A stretch of DNA of 64,000 nucleotides from an uncultured delta proteobacterium (GCA_963796685.1 CAWCMR010000001.1:32001-96000), one strand, 5' to 3'; positions 9,525 to 20,083 are shown, numbered from the stretch's first letter. The notes: a model not told the origin generated them from the sequence alone. Numbers and translations: made by a program.

Positions 9525-10243
9525 GGCGCAACCACCTTTCCCGAGTCGTCCACCTGCTCTTGGGTGTTGGCTTCGACGAACGAATTCTTCACGGTCACGC
9601 GGCCGGTGAGAGGGTGGACGATCAGCGTGTAGAAGGCGTCCTTGCCGTCCGAGAGATGGATGACGGCCGCCTCGGTCATGCCCATGGGGAAGAAGTAGAT
9701 GTACCCCTTGCCCTCGGACAGGGGCTTGAGCAGGCGCGGGGTGTAGAGGTCGGCCACGACCACACCGGACTTCAAGGTGATGGGTCTGACCGCCGTCTCG
9801 CGGAAGGCCTCGAACTTGGCCCGCTTGGGGATGAAGGGCTTGGGAAGGTACTTCGACGGGATTGAGGAGCCGAAGAACGATTCCTGCTCGGCCGCCCGGC
9901 GCTTGGATTCCTCCTCCTTGGCGATCTTTTCGGCCTCCTTCTTGCGGCTCTCTTCCGTTTCCTTGCCCGCACCGAAGACGAAGTTGTCGTCCGATTCCTC
10001 GGCCCAGTATTTGCCGTTGTCGAAATCGAGAACCAGCCGGTGTACGCGCCCGGTGGTCGAGGCGCGGTCGAAGAGGTAGCGGATGGTGCCCGCCATGCGC
10101 GCCGCCGTCGCGCGCAGATCGGTCTTGAACAGGCTACGCAGCCCCACCACGGTCATCACCGTGACGAGCGCGACGATGACCAGCACGATCATCACTTCGA
10201 TGAGCGTGAAGCCTCGCGCGGATGGTCTGCGTTGTCCGGCCAC
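9521..10243 (-). CDS. gspH: Minor pseudopilin GspH
   Basis: RG|FTLIEVMIVL site; C-terminal IYFFPMG...VHPLTGRV. Confidence 0.8.
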   Translation of the reverse strand: MAGQRRPSARGFTLIEVMIVLVIVALVTVMTVVGLRSLFKTDLRATAARMAGTIRYLFDRASTTGRVHRLVLDFDNGKYWAEESDDNFVFGAGKETEESRKKEAEKIAKEEESKRRAAEQESFFGSSIPSKYLPKPFIPKRAKFEAFRETAVRPITLKSGVVVADLYTPRLLKPLSEGKGYIYFFPMGMTEAAVIHLSDGKDAFYTLIVHPLTGRVTVKNSFVEANTQEQVDDSGKVVAP

Positions 10244-10255
10244 GTTCCCCTCTGG

Positions 10256-10678
10256 CTACTGCTCGACGGCCGTGATGTCGTCGTCCGTGCCTTCCTTGCC
10301 GTCCGGCCCCACCGACACCACGTCGATACCGTCGACATTGACCGTGCCCGGGCAGCGCAGGATGAAGTCGTGGTTCCAGGGGTCCTTCTGCTTCTTCGGC
10401 ATGTACTTCTGCGCCACCAGGTCGTCGACGGTCTTGGGGCACTCGTTGTTGTTGTCGGTCATGTACTGCACGGTCTTCTGCGCAATTTCATTGACCGCCA
10501 CCTGGGCAATCCTCTTCTGGGCCTTTTTGTACGAGGAATAGACGCCCACCCCGACGACCGACATGACGAGGCCGATGATGGCGAGCACGATCATGATTTC
10601 CAACATGGTCATGCCGGCGTCCCCGGCCCGCCTTGCCCGGCGGGCAACCTGCGTGTGGTGATAGTTCGCTGCTTTCAT
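10256..10678 (-). CDS. gspG: Major pseudopilin GspG
   Basis: AG|MTMLEIMIVL site, KDPWN and SVGPDGKEGTDDDI motifs. Confidence 0.9.
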   Translation of the reverse strand: MKAANYHHTQVARRARRAGDAGMTMLEIMIVLAIIGLVMSVVGVGVYSSYKKAQKRIAQVAVNEIAQKTVQYMTDNNNECPKTVDDLVAQKYMPKKQKDPWNHDFILRCPGTVNVDGIDVVSVGPDGKEGTDDDITAVEQ

Positions 10679-10703
10679 TGGGGTTCTCCTTTGTCTGTCC
10701 GTC

Positions 10704-11966
10704 CTATTGAACCATCTGGCCCATCTCGATGATGGGCATGAGAATCGAGAAAACGATGAAGCCCACGCCGACCGCCATGACGACGATCATGATGGGGGCG
10801 AGGATCGACGTCAGCTTGTTCACCTCGGTGGAGACGTCGCGCTCGTAGGCGCCGGCGACGTTTTCCAGCATGGCTTCGAGCTGGCCCGAACGCTCGCCCA
10901 CGGCGACCATGTGACACATCATGGAAGGAAACTCGCCCGACTTCTTGAGCGTGACGGCGATGGATTCGCCCTCGCGAATGGCCACGCGCGCGTCCTCGAC
11001 GACCTTCTCCAGCACGGTGTTGTTGAGCACGCGCTTGACGATGTCGAGCGCGGTCAGCACGGGCACGCCCGAGGCCAACATGGTGGCCAAGGTGCGCGAA
11101 AAGCGCGCCACAGCGATGAAGCGGACCAGCTTGCCGACCAGCCACAAACGCAATTTGAGGCGATCGACGAAGGCGCGGCCCTTGGGCCTGCGTACCCAGC
11201 GGCGCACGAGAAGCGCCGTCAGCACCAGGACCGGCAACACCACCCACCAGTAGCCGCCCGCGATGGCGGCGATGAACACCAACAACTGGGTGTTCCAGGG
11301 CAGCGCCTTGCCCGAATCGGCGAAGATGCCCGCGATGGGGGGAACCACGACCGTCATCAGGAAGCCGAGCACCAGGCTGCCCACGATGGTCATCAGGATG
11401 GGGTAGGCCATGGCGCTCGACACCTTGGAGCGCAGCTCGATCTGCGCGTCGAGAAAATCCGCCAGGCGCGCCAGCACGGCATCGAGGTTGCCCGCGGTTT
11501 CGCCCGAGCGAACCATGTTGGTATAGAGCTCGGGAAAGACCTTGGGGTGCAGGGTCATGGCGTCCGCGAACGAGCCGCCCTCGTTCACCTTCTGCCGGAT
11601 GCCGGCCAGGATCATCTGGAGCTTCTTGTTGTCCGACTGTTCCGAGAGCGCGCCCATGGCCTCGGCCAGGGGAATTCCCGCGTGCAGAAGGGTCGCCATC
11701 TGGCGCGTGAACACGGACACATCGCGGGGTTTCACCCGTTCGAAGATGCCCTTGAAGTCGACCTCGCGGCGCAGCCCCGAGGCGCCGCTGCCGCCGGCCG
11801 AAAGCGCCTGCCTGTTCTGCTTGCCCCCCACCACCTCGCGCACCTCGCTGATGAAGATGCCCTCCTTGCGCAGGGTTTGGCGCAACGCCTTGGGCCCGTC
11901 GGAGTCGCGCGTCCCGGTGGCCGGCTTGCCGGCGGCGTTGAGTCCTTTCCATGCGTAGACCGGCAT
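10704..11966 (-). CDS. gspF: Inner membrane platform protein GspF
   Basis: FTRQMATLLHAGIPL, GETAGNL, AMAYP and GERSGQL motifs. Confidence 0.95.
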   Translation of the reverse strand: MPVYAWKGLNAAGKPATGTRDSDGPKALRQTLRKEGIFISEVREVVGGKQNRQALSAGGSGASGLRREVDFKGIFERVKPRDVSVFTRQMATLLHAGIPLAEAMGALSEQSDNKKLQMILAGIRQKVNEGGSFADAMTLHPKVFPELYTNMVRSGETAGNLDAVLARLADFLDAQIELRSKVSSAMAYPILMTIVGSLVLGFLMTVVVPPIAGIFADSGKALPWNTQLLVFIAAIAGGYWWVVLPVLVLTALLVRRWVRRPKGRAFVDRLKLRLWLVGKLVRFIAVARFSRTLATMLASGVPVLTALDIVKRVLNNTVLEKVVEDARVAIREGESIAVTLKKSGEFPSMMCHMVAVGERSGQLEAMLENVAGAYERDVSTEVNKLTSILAPIMIVVMAVGVGFIVFSILMPIIEMGQMVQ

Positions 11967-11976
11967 CGCCTATCCC

Positions 11977-13725
11977 CTACTCGCTGTCTCCGGTGGTGAT
12001 CATCATGACCTCCGCGGCGCTGGTCATGCCGGCCAGGACCTTCTGCGCCCCATCCTCGCGCAAGGTGCGCATGCCCGCCTCCACGGCGGCGCGCTTGATG
12101 GTGCCCGCGTCCGCGTTCTTGATGGCCAGCTGCCGGATACGGTCGTCGATCATGAGCAATTCGTAGATGGCGGTCCGCCCCTTGTAACCCGCGTTGAGGC
12201 ACGCATTGCAACCGCCTTCGCGCGCCCGATAGAGCATGCCTGGCGGCGGAGGATCGCCCGCGCCCTTGAAGAAGATGTGGCGAATGCCGTTGGCGAAGAA
12301 CGCGGCCGGATCGAGGCCCAGGCTGGCAATGTCGACCTCGGTGGGACGATAGGTTTCGCGGCACTCGCGGCACAGGCGCCGCACCAGGCGCTGGGCCAAG
12401 AGAGCCATCAGCGACGAGGCCACGAGGAACGGTTGGACCCCGAGATCCACGAGGCGCGTGATGGCGCCGGCGGCATCGTTGGTGTGGATGGTGGAAAGCA
12501 CCAGGTGTCCGGTGAGCGAGGCCTGAATGGCGATTTCCGAGGTGGGCAGATCGCGGATTTCGCCGACCATGATGACGTCGGGATCGTGGCGCAAGAACGA
12601 ACGCAAGCCGGTGGCGAAGGTGAGATCGATCTTCTCGTTGACCGCCACTTGCGAAATTCCGTCGAGCTGGTACTCGACCGGATCCTCGATGGTCAGGATG
12701 TTGAGGTCGGGCGAATTGATCTTGGCCAGGCACGCGTAGAGCGTCGTCGTCTTGCCCGAGCCGGTGGGCCCGGTGACGAGCAGAATGCCGTGCGGCCGGG
12801 TGATGAGATCGTTCATTTGCGTGAGGTGGTCTTCGCCGAAGCCGATATCGGCCAGATCGTGAAGCACGGTCTCGCGGTCGAGCAGACGGATGGTGATGCG
12901 CTCGCCGCCCTTGACCGTGGGCGCGGTGGCGACGCGCATGTCGATGTCCTTGCCGGCGATCTTGCGCCGGATGCGGCCGTCCTGCGGCAGGCGCTTCTCG
13001 GCGATGTTGAGACCGGCCATGATCTTCACGCGCGAGATGATGGACGGAACGAACTGGCGGGCCGCCCGCCGCGTCTCGTAGAGAACGCCGTCGATGCGGT
13101 AGCGGACGATGACGTCCTTTTCGCCGGGCTCGATATGAATATCGCTGGCGCGCTCCTTGACCGCGTTGAACATGAGGGCGTTGACCCAGCGGATGATGGG
13201 CGCCTCGTCGTTGACGTCGAGGATGTCCACCAACTCTTCGGCCTTGCCCATGTCGTCTTCGTTTTCGCCCTCGCCCAGGTTGCCGGCGTCCTGCTTGCGG
13301 CCGTACACATGGTTGACGGCCTCCAGCAGCTTGGCCGAGGGAAAGAGCACGGGCTGGACCTCGGTGGCCAGCATGCTGCGCACGTCGTCGAGCGCGCCGA
13401 TGTCGAGGGCATCGGCCATGGCCACCAGCACCACGTCCCCTTCCCGTCGCAGCGGCATCACCCGGTGCTGCTTGGCGAAGCCGATCGGCACCTTGGCGGC
13501 GAGCTCGCCATCCATGTCGGCCACGGGAAAATCGGCCAGGAAGGGAATCCCCAGCTGTACGCCCAGGGCCTTGAGCACGTCTTCCTCGTTGCAGGCATGG
13601 GCCTTTTGCAAGAGCTCGCCCACGAGCCCGCCCTCGCTCTGCTGCTGGGCTAGCGCCTGCTCGACCGCCGCGGGCTTGACCGCGCCGGCGGCGACCAGGA
13701 TTTCACCGATACGTTTGCGTGCCAC
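11977..13725 (-). CDS. gspE: Type II secretion ATPase GspE
   Basis: ASDIHIEP, Walker A GPTGSGKT, TIEDPVEY, MVGEIRD, TGHLVLSTIH, Cys zinc motif; N-terminal RIGEILV. Confidence 0.95.
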   Translation of the reverse strand: MARKRIGEILVAAGAVKPAAVEQALAQQQSEGGLVGELLQKAHACNEEDVLKALGVQLGIPFLADFPVADMDGELAAKVPIGFAKQHRVMPLRREGDVVLVAMADALDIGALDDVRSMLATEVQPVLFPSAKLLEAVNHVYGRKQDAGNLGEGENEDDMGKAEELVDILDVNDEAPIIRWVNALMFNAVKERASDIHIEPGEKDVIVRYRIDGVLYETRRAARQFVPSIISRVKIMAGLNIAEKRLPQDGRIRRKIAGKDIDMRVATAPTVKGGERITIRLLDRETVLHDLADIGFGEDHLTQMNDLITRPHGILLVTGPTGSGKTTTLYACLAKINSPDLNILTIEDPVEYQLDGISQVAVNEKIDLTFATGLRSFLRHDPDVIMVGEIRDLPTSEIAIQASLTGHLVLSTIHTNDAAGAITRLVDLGVQPFLVASSLMALLAQRLVRRLCRECRETYRPTEVDIASLGLDPAAFFANGIRHIFFKGAGDPPPPGMLYRAREGGCNACLNAGYKGRTAIYELLMIDDRIRQLAIKNADAGTIKRAAVEAGMRTLREDGAQKVLAGMTSAAEVMMITTGDSE

Positions 13726-13731
13726 GGCTGC

Positions 13732-16356
13732 CTACTCGTCCGACTTCGGCGGGGCCGATTCGCCGTCGGGCGCCGCCGACATGGGCTTGGGGGAAACGTC
13801 CTCGATGCTCGGGCCCTCGGCCGAGGGCTTGCGCGGACTTGCACCGTCCTTGTTGCTGTCCGGCGGGGGATTCCGTTCTGGCTCGATGGGCGTGGACTCG
13901 TCGCGCTGGTCCCGCTCTTGAATGGCCCGAAGCTGCCGCTCGTCCTCCTCCATCTCGCGCACGCTGCGGTTGATCTCCTCGAGCATGCCGCGCTTGCGAT
14001 GGGTGTCGATCTCCGTCTGGTCCAGCTTCGAGGTGTCTTCCAGCGAGCTGTAGCGCTCGATGAACTCACGCCGTTCGCGCAACTTCTTCTCCGCCACCCG
14101 ACGCAGGTCGGAGAGATCCGACACCACGTAGGGCGTGATGGCGATGATGATGTTGGACTTCTTCACGGTCTTGGTCGTGTTGCGGAAGAAGAAGCCGATG
14201 ACGGGAATGTCGCCCAGGATGGGGATCTTGGTCACGTTCTCGGAGACTCGGTCGGCCATGAGGCCGCCGATCACGACGGTTTGTTGATCGCGCGCGACCA
14301 CGGTGGTCTTGATCGACCGCTTGGAGGTGGCCGGCCCCATCCCGTTGTAGTTCTGAGACTCGACGTCCGAAATTTCCTGATCCACGTCCAGGCGAATGAT
14401 GTCGTGCTCGTTCACGCTGGGGGTCAGCTTGAGCTTGAGCTCGACGGGCTGGCGCTGCACCGAGGTGAAGGGCATGAAGCTGGCGCCGCCGGTGGCCGTG
14501 GCCCCCATGGCCGCCGTGGTCGTTCCCGGGAAGGGCAGCACCTCGCCGACCGAGATCTCGCCTTCCTGGTTGTTCATGATCAAGATATGGGGATTGGACA
14601 GGATATTGACGTCGTTGTTGGTCTGCAGGAGCTGCAGGAACACGCCGAACGACGGGATGTTGATGGGCAGGCCCTTGAACAAGGTGCTGTTGCCGAGGTC
14701 GCCCGTGGTGGGGCCGAACAAGGCGGCGCTGAGCCCGCCCAGGTTGTTGACCAGGGCGGTCGGGTTCATGGTGTTGTTGGCGTTGAAGCCGCCCATGAGC
14801 AGCGACTGTTGTCCCGCCACGGTTTCGCCCGTACCGGCATGGTAGGAAACGCCCACGGTGCGGGTCTTGTCGAGCAGGACCTCCATGATGGTGGCGTCGA
14901 TGAAGATCTGCTTGCGCGGAGAGTCTAGCTGCTCGATGACCTTGCGCAGCGACTGGTAGTCCTTGAAGGTGGACATGATGAGCAGCGAATTGGTGGGCGC
15001 GTCGAAGGAAATACGGATGTCGCTCTCGAAAAGCAGGGAGGCGGGGTTGACCTGGCCGGGGGCAACCGCCGGAGCCGACGGGGCGGCGGACTTCCCGCCA
15101 CGGCGACCGGTCGCGAGGGAGCCGGAGATCTGGACCCCGGTGATGGCGCTGAGCGTGGCCGCCAATTCGTCGCAGTTGGCGTTCGCGCAGTAATAGACAT
15201 GGAATCGCCCCTCGCTGCCGCGGCCGGCCTCTTCCAGCGGCACATCGAGCTTGTGCACCAGGGCCACCAGCCAATCGTGCGCGGGCTTGTTGGCCACCAC
15301 GATGAGGCTGTTGGTTCGCTCGTCCGGGATCAACTTGCTCATGGTCATCTCGGTGAGCAACTCTCCCGACGGACCCGGCGCAACCTTGGGCTGGGGCGGG
15401 GCCGAGCCACCACCCGGACGGCGCTGCCCGGTACCGACGAAATGCACTGGCATGATCTCGGCGATGCGAGAAGCCATGTCCTGCACCGACATGTTCTTCA
15501 CGCGGATAACCCAGATCTGGTCGCGCACCCCGAGGGGTTCGTCGAACTGCTTGATGATCTTGACCATGCGGTCGATGCTCTCCGACTGGTCGGTGATGAT
15601 GAGCGAGTTCCTGTAGGCAATGATGTCGCCGGTCTCGGACTTGATCCGGTTGAGCACGTTGTTGGTCAGATCGAGGGCGTCGAGGTAGGTCAGGCGCACC
15701 AGCTTGGTGACGAAACGGCGATAACCGGGCATGCGCTGGCCGGGCTCCACCAGGGACAGCGGTGCGAAGCGCGCCTTGGAGTTCTCGATCACGCGCAGGA
15801 ACTTGCCCGTGGGCTCGACGGTGAGGCCCACCGAATCCAGGGCCGCAAAGAACAAACGGTACGCCTCCTCGGGCGTGATGAGCTGGGGCGAGACGATGGT
15901 CAGCTTCTTGCCCTGCAGCGGAACCGCGACGATGAACTGCGCGCAGGTGATGCTGGAGATCCAGCCGATGAGATCCATCACCTCGGTATCGGGCTTCAGA
16001 TTGAGACGAACGATGCGTTTGCCGGCGGGCAGCTTCTTGCAGGAATTGAACTCCTTTTCGCCCGGGATCTCCACGATGCCGGCAGCAGAGGCTGGTTCCC
16101 CGGGCCCTGTGGGGGCAGCCTTGACGGCGGGGCCGGACCTGGCCGGGGCCGGCGGCGGGGCCGGCGGCTTGACCGCGGTCGGCTGTTGCAGCCTGGCCGC
16201 ACGCAAGGCGCCGAACGGGCCAGCTCTTCTCGCGGCTGGCCGCGTGCCGGGTGCCGGTGGCACAGGTGGAACCGGGGTCTGAGCCAGCGCGAGGGATCCC
16301 TCGGCCAGCGAGACCACCAGGTACGAAACCATAGCTGTTGAAAGAAGGCTCTTCAT
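13732..16356 (-). CDS. gspD: Secretin GspD
   Basis: Signal peptide at ATG 16356 (overlaps the gspC stop), DERTNSL repeats, KIPILGDIPVIGFFF secretin motif. Confidence 0.93.
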   Translation of the reverse strand: MKSLLSTAMVSYLVVSLAEGSLALAQTPVPPVPPAPGTRPAARRAGPFGALRAARLQQPTAVKPPAPPPAPARSGPAVKAAPTGPGEPASAAGIVEIPGEKEFNSCKKLPAGKRIVRLNLKPDTEVMDLIGWISSITCAQFIVAVPLQGKKLTIVSPQLITPEEAYRLFFAALDSVGLTVEPTGKFLRVIENSKARFAPLSLVEPGQRMPGYRRFVTKLVRLTYLDALDLTNNVLNRIKSETGDIIAYRNSLIITDQSESIDRMVKIIKQFDEPLGVRDQIWVIRVKNMSVQDMASRIAEIMPVHFVGTGQRRPGGGSAPPQPKVAPGPSGELLTEMTMSKLIPDERTNSLIVVANKPAHDWLVALVHKLDVPLEEAGRGSEGRFHVYYCANANCDELAATLSAITGVQISGSLATGRRGGKSAAPSAPAVAPGQVNPASLLFESDIRISFDAPTNSLLIMSTFKDYQSLRKVIEQLDSPRKQIFIDATIMEVLLDKTRTVGVSYHAGTGETVAGQQSLLMGGFNANNTMNPTALVNNLGGLSAALFGPTTGDLGNSTLFKGLPINIPSFGVFLQLLQTNNDVNILSNPHILIMNNQEGEISVGEVLPFPGTTTAAMGATATGGASFMPFTSVQRQPVELKLKLTPSVNEHDIIRLDVDQEISDVESQNYNGMGPATSKRSIKTTVVARDQQTVVIGGLMADRVSENVTKIPILGDIPVIGFFFRNTTKTVKKSNIIIAITPYVVSDLSDLRRVAEKKLRERREFIERYSSLEDTSKLDQTEIDTHRKRGMLEEINRSVREMEEDERQLRAIQERDQRDESTPIEPERNPPPDSNKDGASPRKPSAEGPSIEDVSPKPMSAAPDGESAPPKSDE

Positions 16357-17279
16357 CGGATGTTGTATTCCTTCGTGACTTTCTGGCCGTTGCGCTCCAT
16401 GCCCAGGGAGAGATGGCTGGCGGATTTGAGCTTGGCGTAGACTTCCAGGGCCTTTTCCGGACTCGTGATTTCGAGCCCATTGATCGAGGAAATGATGTCG
16501 CCGTTCTGCATGCCGATCATGGCGAAAGGGCCGTCGGGCCGGACCGCGAACAAGCGGAACCCGGCGGCCTTGCCGTCCTTCATTTCGGGCACGATGCGCG
16601 CCGAGCGCGACAGCAACGCCATGTTGCCCAGCACGGATTCGAGCGTGCTGCGTTGAAGCTCGTACTTGTGCTCGCTGAGCTTCTTGATACCGTTGGCAAG
16701 ATCCTTGGCGAGTGCGTCGTCCTTGTTCGGAACCGGGTTGGCGGCCGCCACCGCTTGCGGCGGTGGCGCGGGCTCTTCGAACAGATCGATGTATTCCGGT
16801 TTCCCCGCGTTGTCGAGGTAAACGCGGGTTTCCAGGATGCCGGTGACCGTGGCGCCGTGAATCTTGCCGCCGACCGGGTAGGCACCCATGATCTTGGCCT
16901 CGGTGTCGCGCAAAACTGCGATGGACCACTTGATACCGTTCGGCGGTGGTGCGTACATGATGGCCAGAAGAGCCAGCGGCAACGTTGTCTTGGTGTCCTG
17001 CTCCGGCGGATTTTCCGGGTTGTCGGGTGCGTCCTCGTCGAAGATGGGCGGGCAGGTCGAACAGAACATGTTCCGCTTGAGGACAGCGGTGGGATCCTTG
17101 TTGAAGGCCGGCTTGCTGTCCGATTTGTGTGGCTTGGCCGGCGCGACGCGAGGAGGCACCGAACTACTGGCAAGCTTCGATTCCACGGCGCCGGACGCCG
17201 CCATGCCCAGAAACATCGCGCACAAAGCGACAACAGCCAGGTCGATGGCCCAAAGATATTTTCGCAGCAGGGTTTCCAC
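16353..17279 (-). CDS. gspC: GspC with PDZ domain
   Basis: N-terminal TM helix, HR domain, C-terminal PDZ (GMQNGDIISSING). Confidence 0.9.
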   Translation of the reverse strand: METLLRKYLWAIDLAVVALCAMFLGMAASGAVESKLASSSVPPRVAPAKPHKSDSKPAFNKDPTAVLKRNMFCSTCPPIFDEDAPDNPENPPEQDTKTTLPLALLAIMYAPPPNGIKWSIAVLRDTEAKIMGAYPVGGKIHGATVTGILETRVYLDNAGKPEYIDLFEEPAPPPQAVAAANPVPNKDDALAKDLANGIKKLSEHKYELQRSTLESVLGNMALLSRSARIVPEMKDGKAAGFRLFAVRPDGPFAMIGMQNGDIISSINGLEITSPEKALEVYAKLKSASHLSLGMERNGQKVTKEYNIR

Positions 17280-17296
17280 GGTCTGCTCTTCGCAAG

Positions 17297-17312
17297 AGCA
17301 ACACCGGGGCCA
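17297..17312 (-). promoter_or_regulatory. sigma54 promoter of the gsp operon
   Basis: Minus strand TGGCCC-CGGTG-TTGCT, 17 bp before the gspC GTG; IHF-like TTTCAACGGCTTA at 17339-17351. Confidence 0.65.
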
Positions 17313-17590
17313 GATCGACCTGGCGTCAAACTTAATAGTTTCAACGGCTTATAAACGCAGAAGCCGTGAAGCTCCTGCCAATTTGGCAAGGAGAGAGGGC
17401 AGAGGGGGAAGAGGGCGCAGAGGGCGGAGCAAGTCAGGGGAATGGGTCAACGAGACGAGAGTCCCTTCAGAGAGCACCGAACGGTTCGAATGCTGTGCAG
17501 AATGGAGAGCATGCGAGGCACTCGGAAGATTCACCTCGCCCCGCGAAGCGCGTCGGGTGACGGTTGGGCCCATGCGAGAGAGTGCGCTGG

Positions 17591-17631
17591 CCCCTCACCC
17601 TAGCCCTCTCCCCGCTGCGCGGGGCGAGGGG
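17591..17631. repeat. REP-like palindrome
   Basis: CCCCTCACCC...CTCTCCCCGCTGCGCGGGGCGAGG; the same core recurs at 36669-36725. Confidence 0.65.
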
Positions 17632-17702
17632 ATTGGAGCGCGCACGTTCGGTGCCCGGGGGGTCGCGCCCCAGGGTTGGGCCCCCCCTCCCCAGGGTTGG
17701 GC

Positions 17703-19145
17703 CTACCCGGGGTCGTCGGGCGAGGCGACCTCTTCCGTATGGCCGTCCCGGTCTTCCTCGAGACGGCGGTAAATGGTCCGGGTCGCGATGCCGAGCAGCT
17801 GCGCACACAGCCGTTTGTCGCCGCTGACGTGGTTCAAGGTGGAATGGATCACGCGACGTTCGATCTCGACCAGCGGCGTGCCGATGGCGAAGGTGATGCT
17901 CTTGGCGTCCGTGCCACTGCCGGTACCGGTACGGACATCGACGGGAAGATCCTCGATTTCGACGGCGGCGCCGCGCGACAGGACCACCGCCCGCTCGATG
18001 GTGTTTTCCAGCTCGCGCACGTTGCCCGGCCACTCGTAGCGCATGAGCGCCTCGGCCGCAGGGCGGGTGAACCCGGTGAGCTGGCGGCCGTTGCGCTCGC
18101 AATAGAGGCGGAGAAAATGCTCGGCCAACAGGGGGATGTCGTCGCGCCGTTCGCGCAGCGGCGGAACCCGCAAGGCGATGACGTTGAGCCGATAGTAGAG
18201 ATCCTCGCGAAATCGCCCCTCCTTCACCGCCAGGCGCAGATCCTGATTGGTGGCAGACACCAGGCGCAGGCTGACCTTGGTGGTGCGGCCTCCCAGGCGC
18301 TCGACCTCGCCCTCCTGCAGAACGCGCAGCAGCTTGACCTGGACGTGCGTCGGAATCTCGCCGATCTCGTCGAGAAACAAGGTGCCGCCGTCGGCCTGCA
18401 AGAAACGGCCGTCGTGACGCTGAACCGCGCCCGTGAAGGCGCCACGCTCGTAGCCGAAGAGCTCGGCCTCGAGGATGGTCTCGGGTAGCGCCGCGCAGTT
18501 GACGGGAACGAAGGGGCCCGACGGGCGCTGCGAGGAACGATGAATCGCGCGCGCGATCAGCTCCTTGCCGGTGCCGGACTCGCCGAGGAGCAGCACGGTG
18601 GCCATGGACGGCGCGGCCTGCATGACGGTTTCCATCAAGCGACGCCAGGGCAGCGATTCGCCGATCACGGCCTTGTGCCGCTCGGCCTCGAGCTGCGCGC
18701 GCAGCGAGCGGTTTTCCTGGACCAGATTGCGTTTCTCCAAGGCCTTGGTCACGGCCCGCACCACGTGGGCGCGCTTGAGCGGCTTGGTCACGAAGTCGTA
18801 GGCCCCGTGCCTCATGGCATCGACGGCGTTCTCGACGGTGCCGTAGGCGGTCATCAGGATGGTTTCCGTTTCCGGAGAAACGCTGCGACTGGCCTTGAGC
18901 AGGTCGAGCCCGGACATGCCTGGCATCACCAGATCGGTCAGAAGGACAGAGACGGGTTCGCGCCGCAGGATCTCGAGCGCCTCGGTGCCGCCGGCAGCGG
19001 TGAGCACGCGCAGCGATTCCTTCTCGAAGATCTTGGCCAAGGGCTCGACGATGCCCGGCTCGTCGTCCACAACCAGAACCGTGGGCATGACTCGCCCCGC
19101 GGCCTCGGCCGCTTGTCTGTTCTCGCCTGGTGGATCTTTGCTCAC
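17703..19145 (-). CDS. sigma54-dependent response regulator (NtrC/AtoC/PilR family)
   Basis: Receiver domain (VLVVDDE...TDLVMP), [30 protein letters not shown], Fis HTH; start could be 19088. Confidence 0.95.
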   Translation of the reverse strand: MSKDPPGENRQAAEAAGRVMPTVLVVDDEPGIVEPLAKIFEKESLRVLTAAGGTEALEILRREPVSVLLTDLVMPGMSGLDLLKASRSVSPETETILMTAYGTVENAVDAMRHGAYDFVTKPLKRAHVVRAVTKALEKRNLVQENRSLRAQLEAERHKAVIGESLPWRRLMETVMQAAPSMATVLLLGESGTGKELIARAIHRSSQRPSGPFVPVNCAALPETILEAELFGYERGAFTGAVQRHDGRFLQADGGTLFLDEIGEIPTHVQVKLLRVLQEGEVERLGGRTTKVSLRLVSATNQDLRLAVKEGRFREDLYYRLNVIALRVPPLRERRDDIPLLAEHFLRLYCERNGRQLTGFTRPAAEALMRYEWPGNVRELENTIERAVVLSRGAAVEIEDLPVDVRTGTGSGTDAKSITFAIGTPLVEIERRVIHSTLNHVSGDKRLCAQLLGIATRTIYRRLEEDRDGHTEEVASPDDPG

Positions 19146-19175
19146 GTCGTCAAATCCAGATTCGCCTCGGGTAGT

Positions 19176-19190
19176 TCAACCTTGGTGCCA
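19176..19190 (-). promoter_or_regulatory. Possible sigma54 promoter of the response regulator
   Basis: TGGCAC-CAAGG-TTGA; the -12 element has A instead of C. Confidence 0.3.
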
Positions 19191-19371
19191 TCCCGTCCCA
19201 GTCCGCCTGCCTCTGTAACAAGTTGTAATCGTTGAATCCGAGTCGAAGGCATAAACACCGTTCAGGTGCAGATGCTGTCATCTTGTCACAAAATGCGACC
19301 GAATGCCCTAGCCTGTGCCACTTTGGCAATTGAAGTTCCGAATGACACGAACGACACTTCGCTCCAGATCC

Positions 19372-19412
19372 TTGACACGTGACAGATGTTCCGTACCATA
19401 CGTATGTTCAGT
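19372..19412 (+). promoter_or_regulatory. sigma70 promoter of lexA with overlapping LexA box
   Basis: TTGACA (19372)-N16-TACCAT (19394); CCATACGTATGTTCAGT (19396-19412) resembles the Myxococcus LexA box CTRHAMRYBYGTTCAGS. Confidence 0.6.
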
Positions 19413-19432
19413 AACTGACCATAGGAGCAGGC

Positions 19433-20083
19433 ATGGGCCATCTGACCATCGTGCGCGACGAAGAGCCGGCGGGCGGTTTGACCGAGCGCCAGCGCGAGGT
19501 GCTGGACTTCATCAGCAGTTCGATCCGCAAGCGCGGCTATCCGCCCACGCTACGCGAGATCGGCAGCCACTTCGGCATTCGCTCCACCAACGGCGTGAAC
19601 GATCACCTTCGCGCCCTCGAAAAGAAGGGTTTTTTGCACCGCGAGGATCTCAAGTCGCGCGCCCTGCGGCCGCTCTTCACCGAGGATGCCTTCGTCGACG
19701 TTCCCGTGCTCGGCAAGGTGGCCGCGGGTCAGCCCCTGCTGGCCGTTCAGAACTACGAGGACACGGTCAAGGTCGACCGCTTCTTCATCGGACAAAACCG
19801 CGAGGTCTTCGCCCTGCGGGTGAAGGGCGATTCCATGATCGAGGCCGGCATCTTCGACGGCGACTACGTGTTCATTCGCAAGCAACTGCAGGCCTCGTCG
19901 GGCGAGATCGTGGTGGCCATGATCGGGGACGAAGCCACGGTCAAGCGCTACTACCCAGAGGGCGACAACATCCGTTTCCAGCCCGCCAATGCCGCCATGA
20001 GCCCCATCATCGTGCGCAAGCGGGACTTTCGCAGCGTGAACCTGCTCGGCGTGGTCATCGGCGTCTATCGCAAGATGATGTAA
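19433..20083 (+). CDS. lexA: SOS repressor LexA
   Basis: LTERQREVL...GYPPTLREI wHTH, VAAG cleavage site, GDSM serine, TVKR lysine; AGGAG RBS. Confidence 0.97.
   Translation: MGHLTIVRDEEPAGGLTERQREVLDFISSSIRKRGYPPTLREIGSHFGIRSTNGVNDHLRALEKKGFLHREDLKSRALRPLFTEDAFVDVPVLGKVAAGQPLLAVQNYEDTVKVDRFFIGQNREVFALRVKGDSMIEAGIFDGDYVFIRKQLQASSGEIVVAMIGDEATVKRYYPEGDNIRFQPANAAMSPIIVRKRDFRSVNLLGVVIGVYRKMM

Noticed and set aside
3069-17279. T2SS operon as a novel system
   Set aside because: Gene order gspC-N with a PilM-like GspL is the ordinary deltaproteobacterial arrangement; absence of gspO is common because a shared PilD is used.
19315-19320. TGGCAC on the minus strand as a sigma54 -24 element
   Set aside because: No TTGC at the required spacing.
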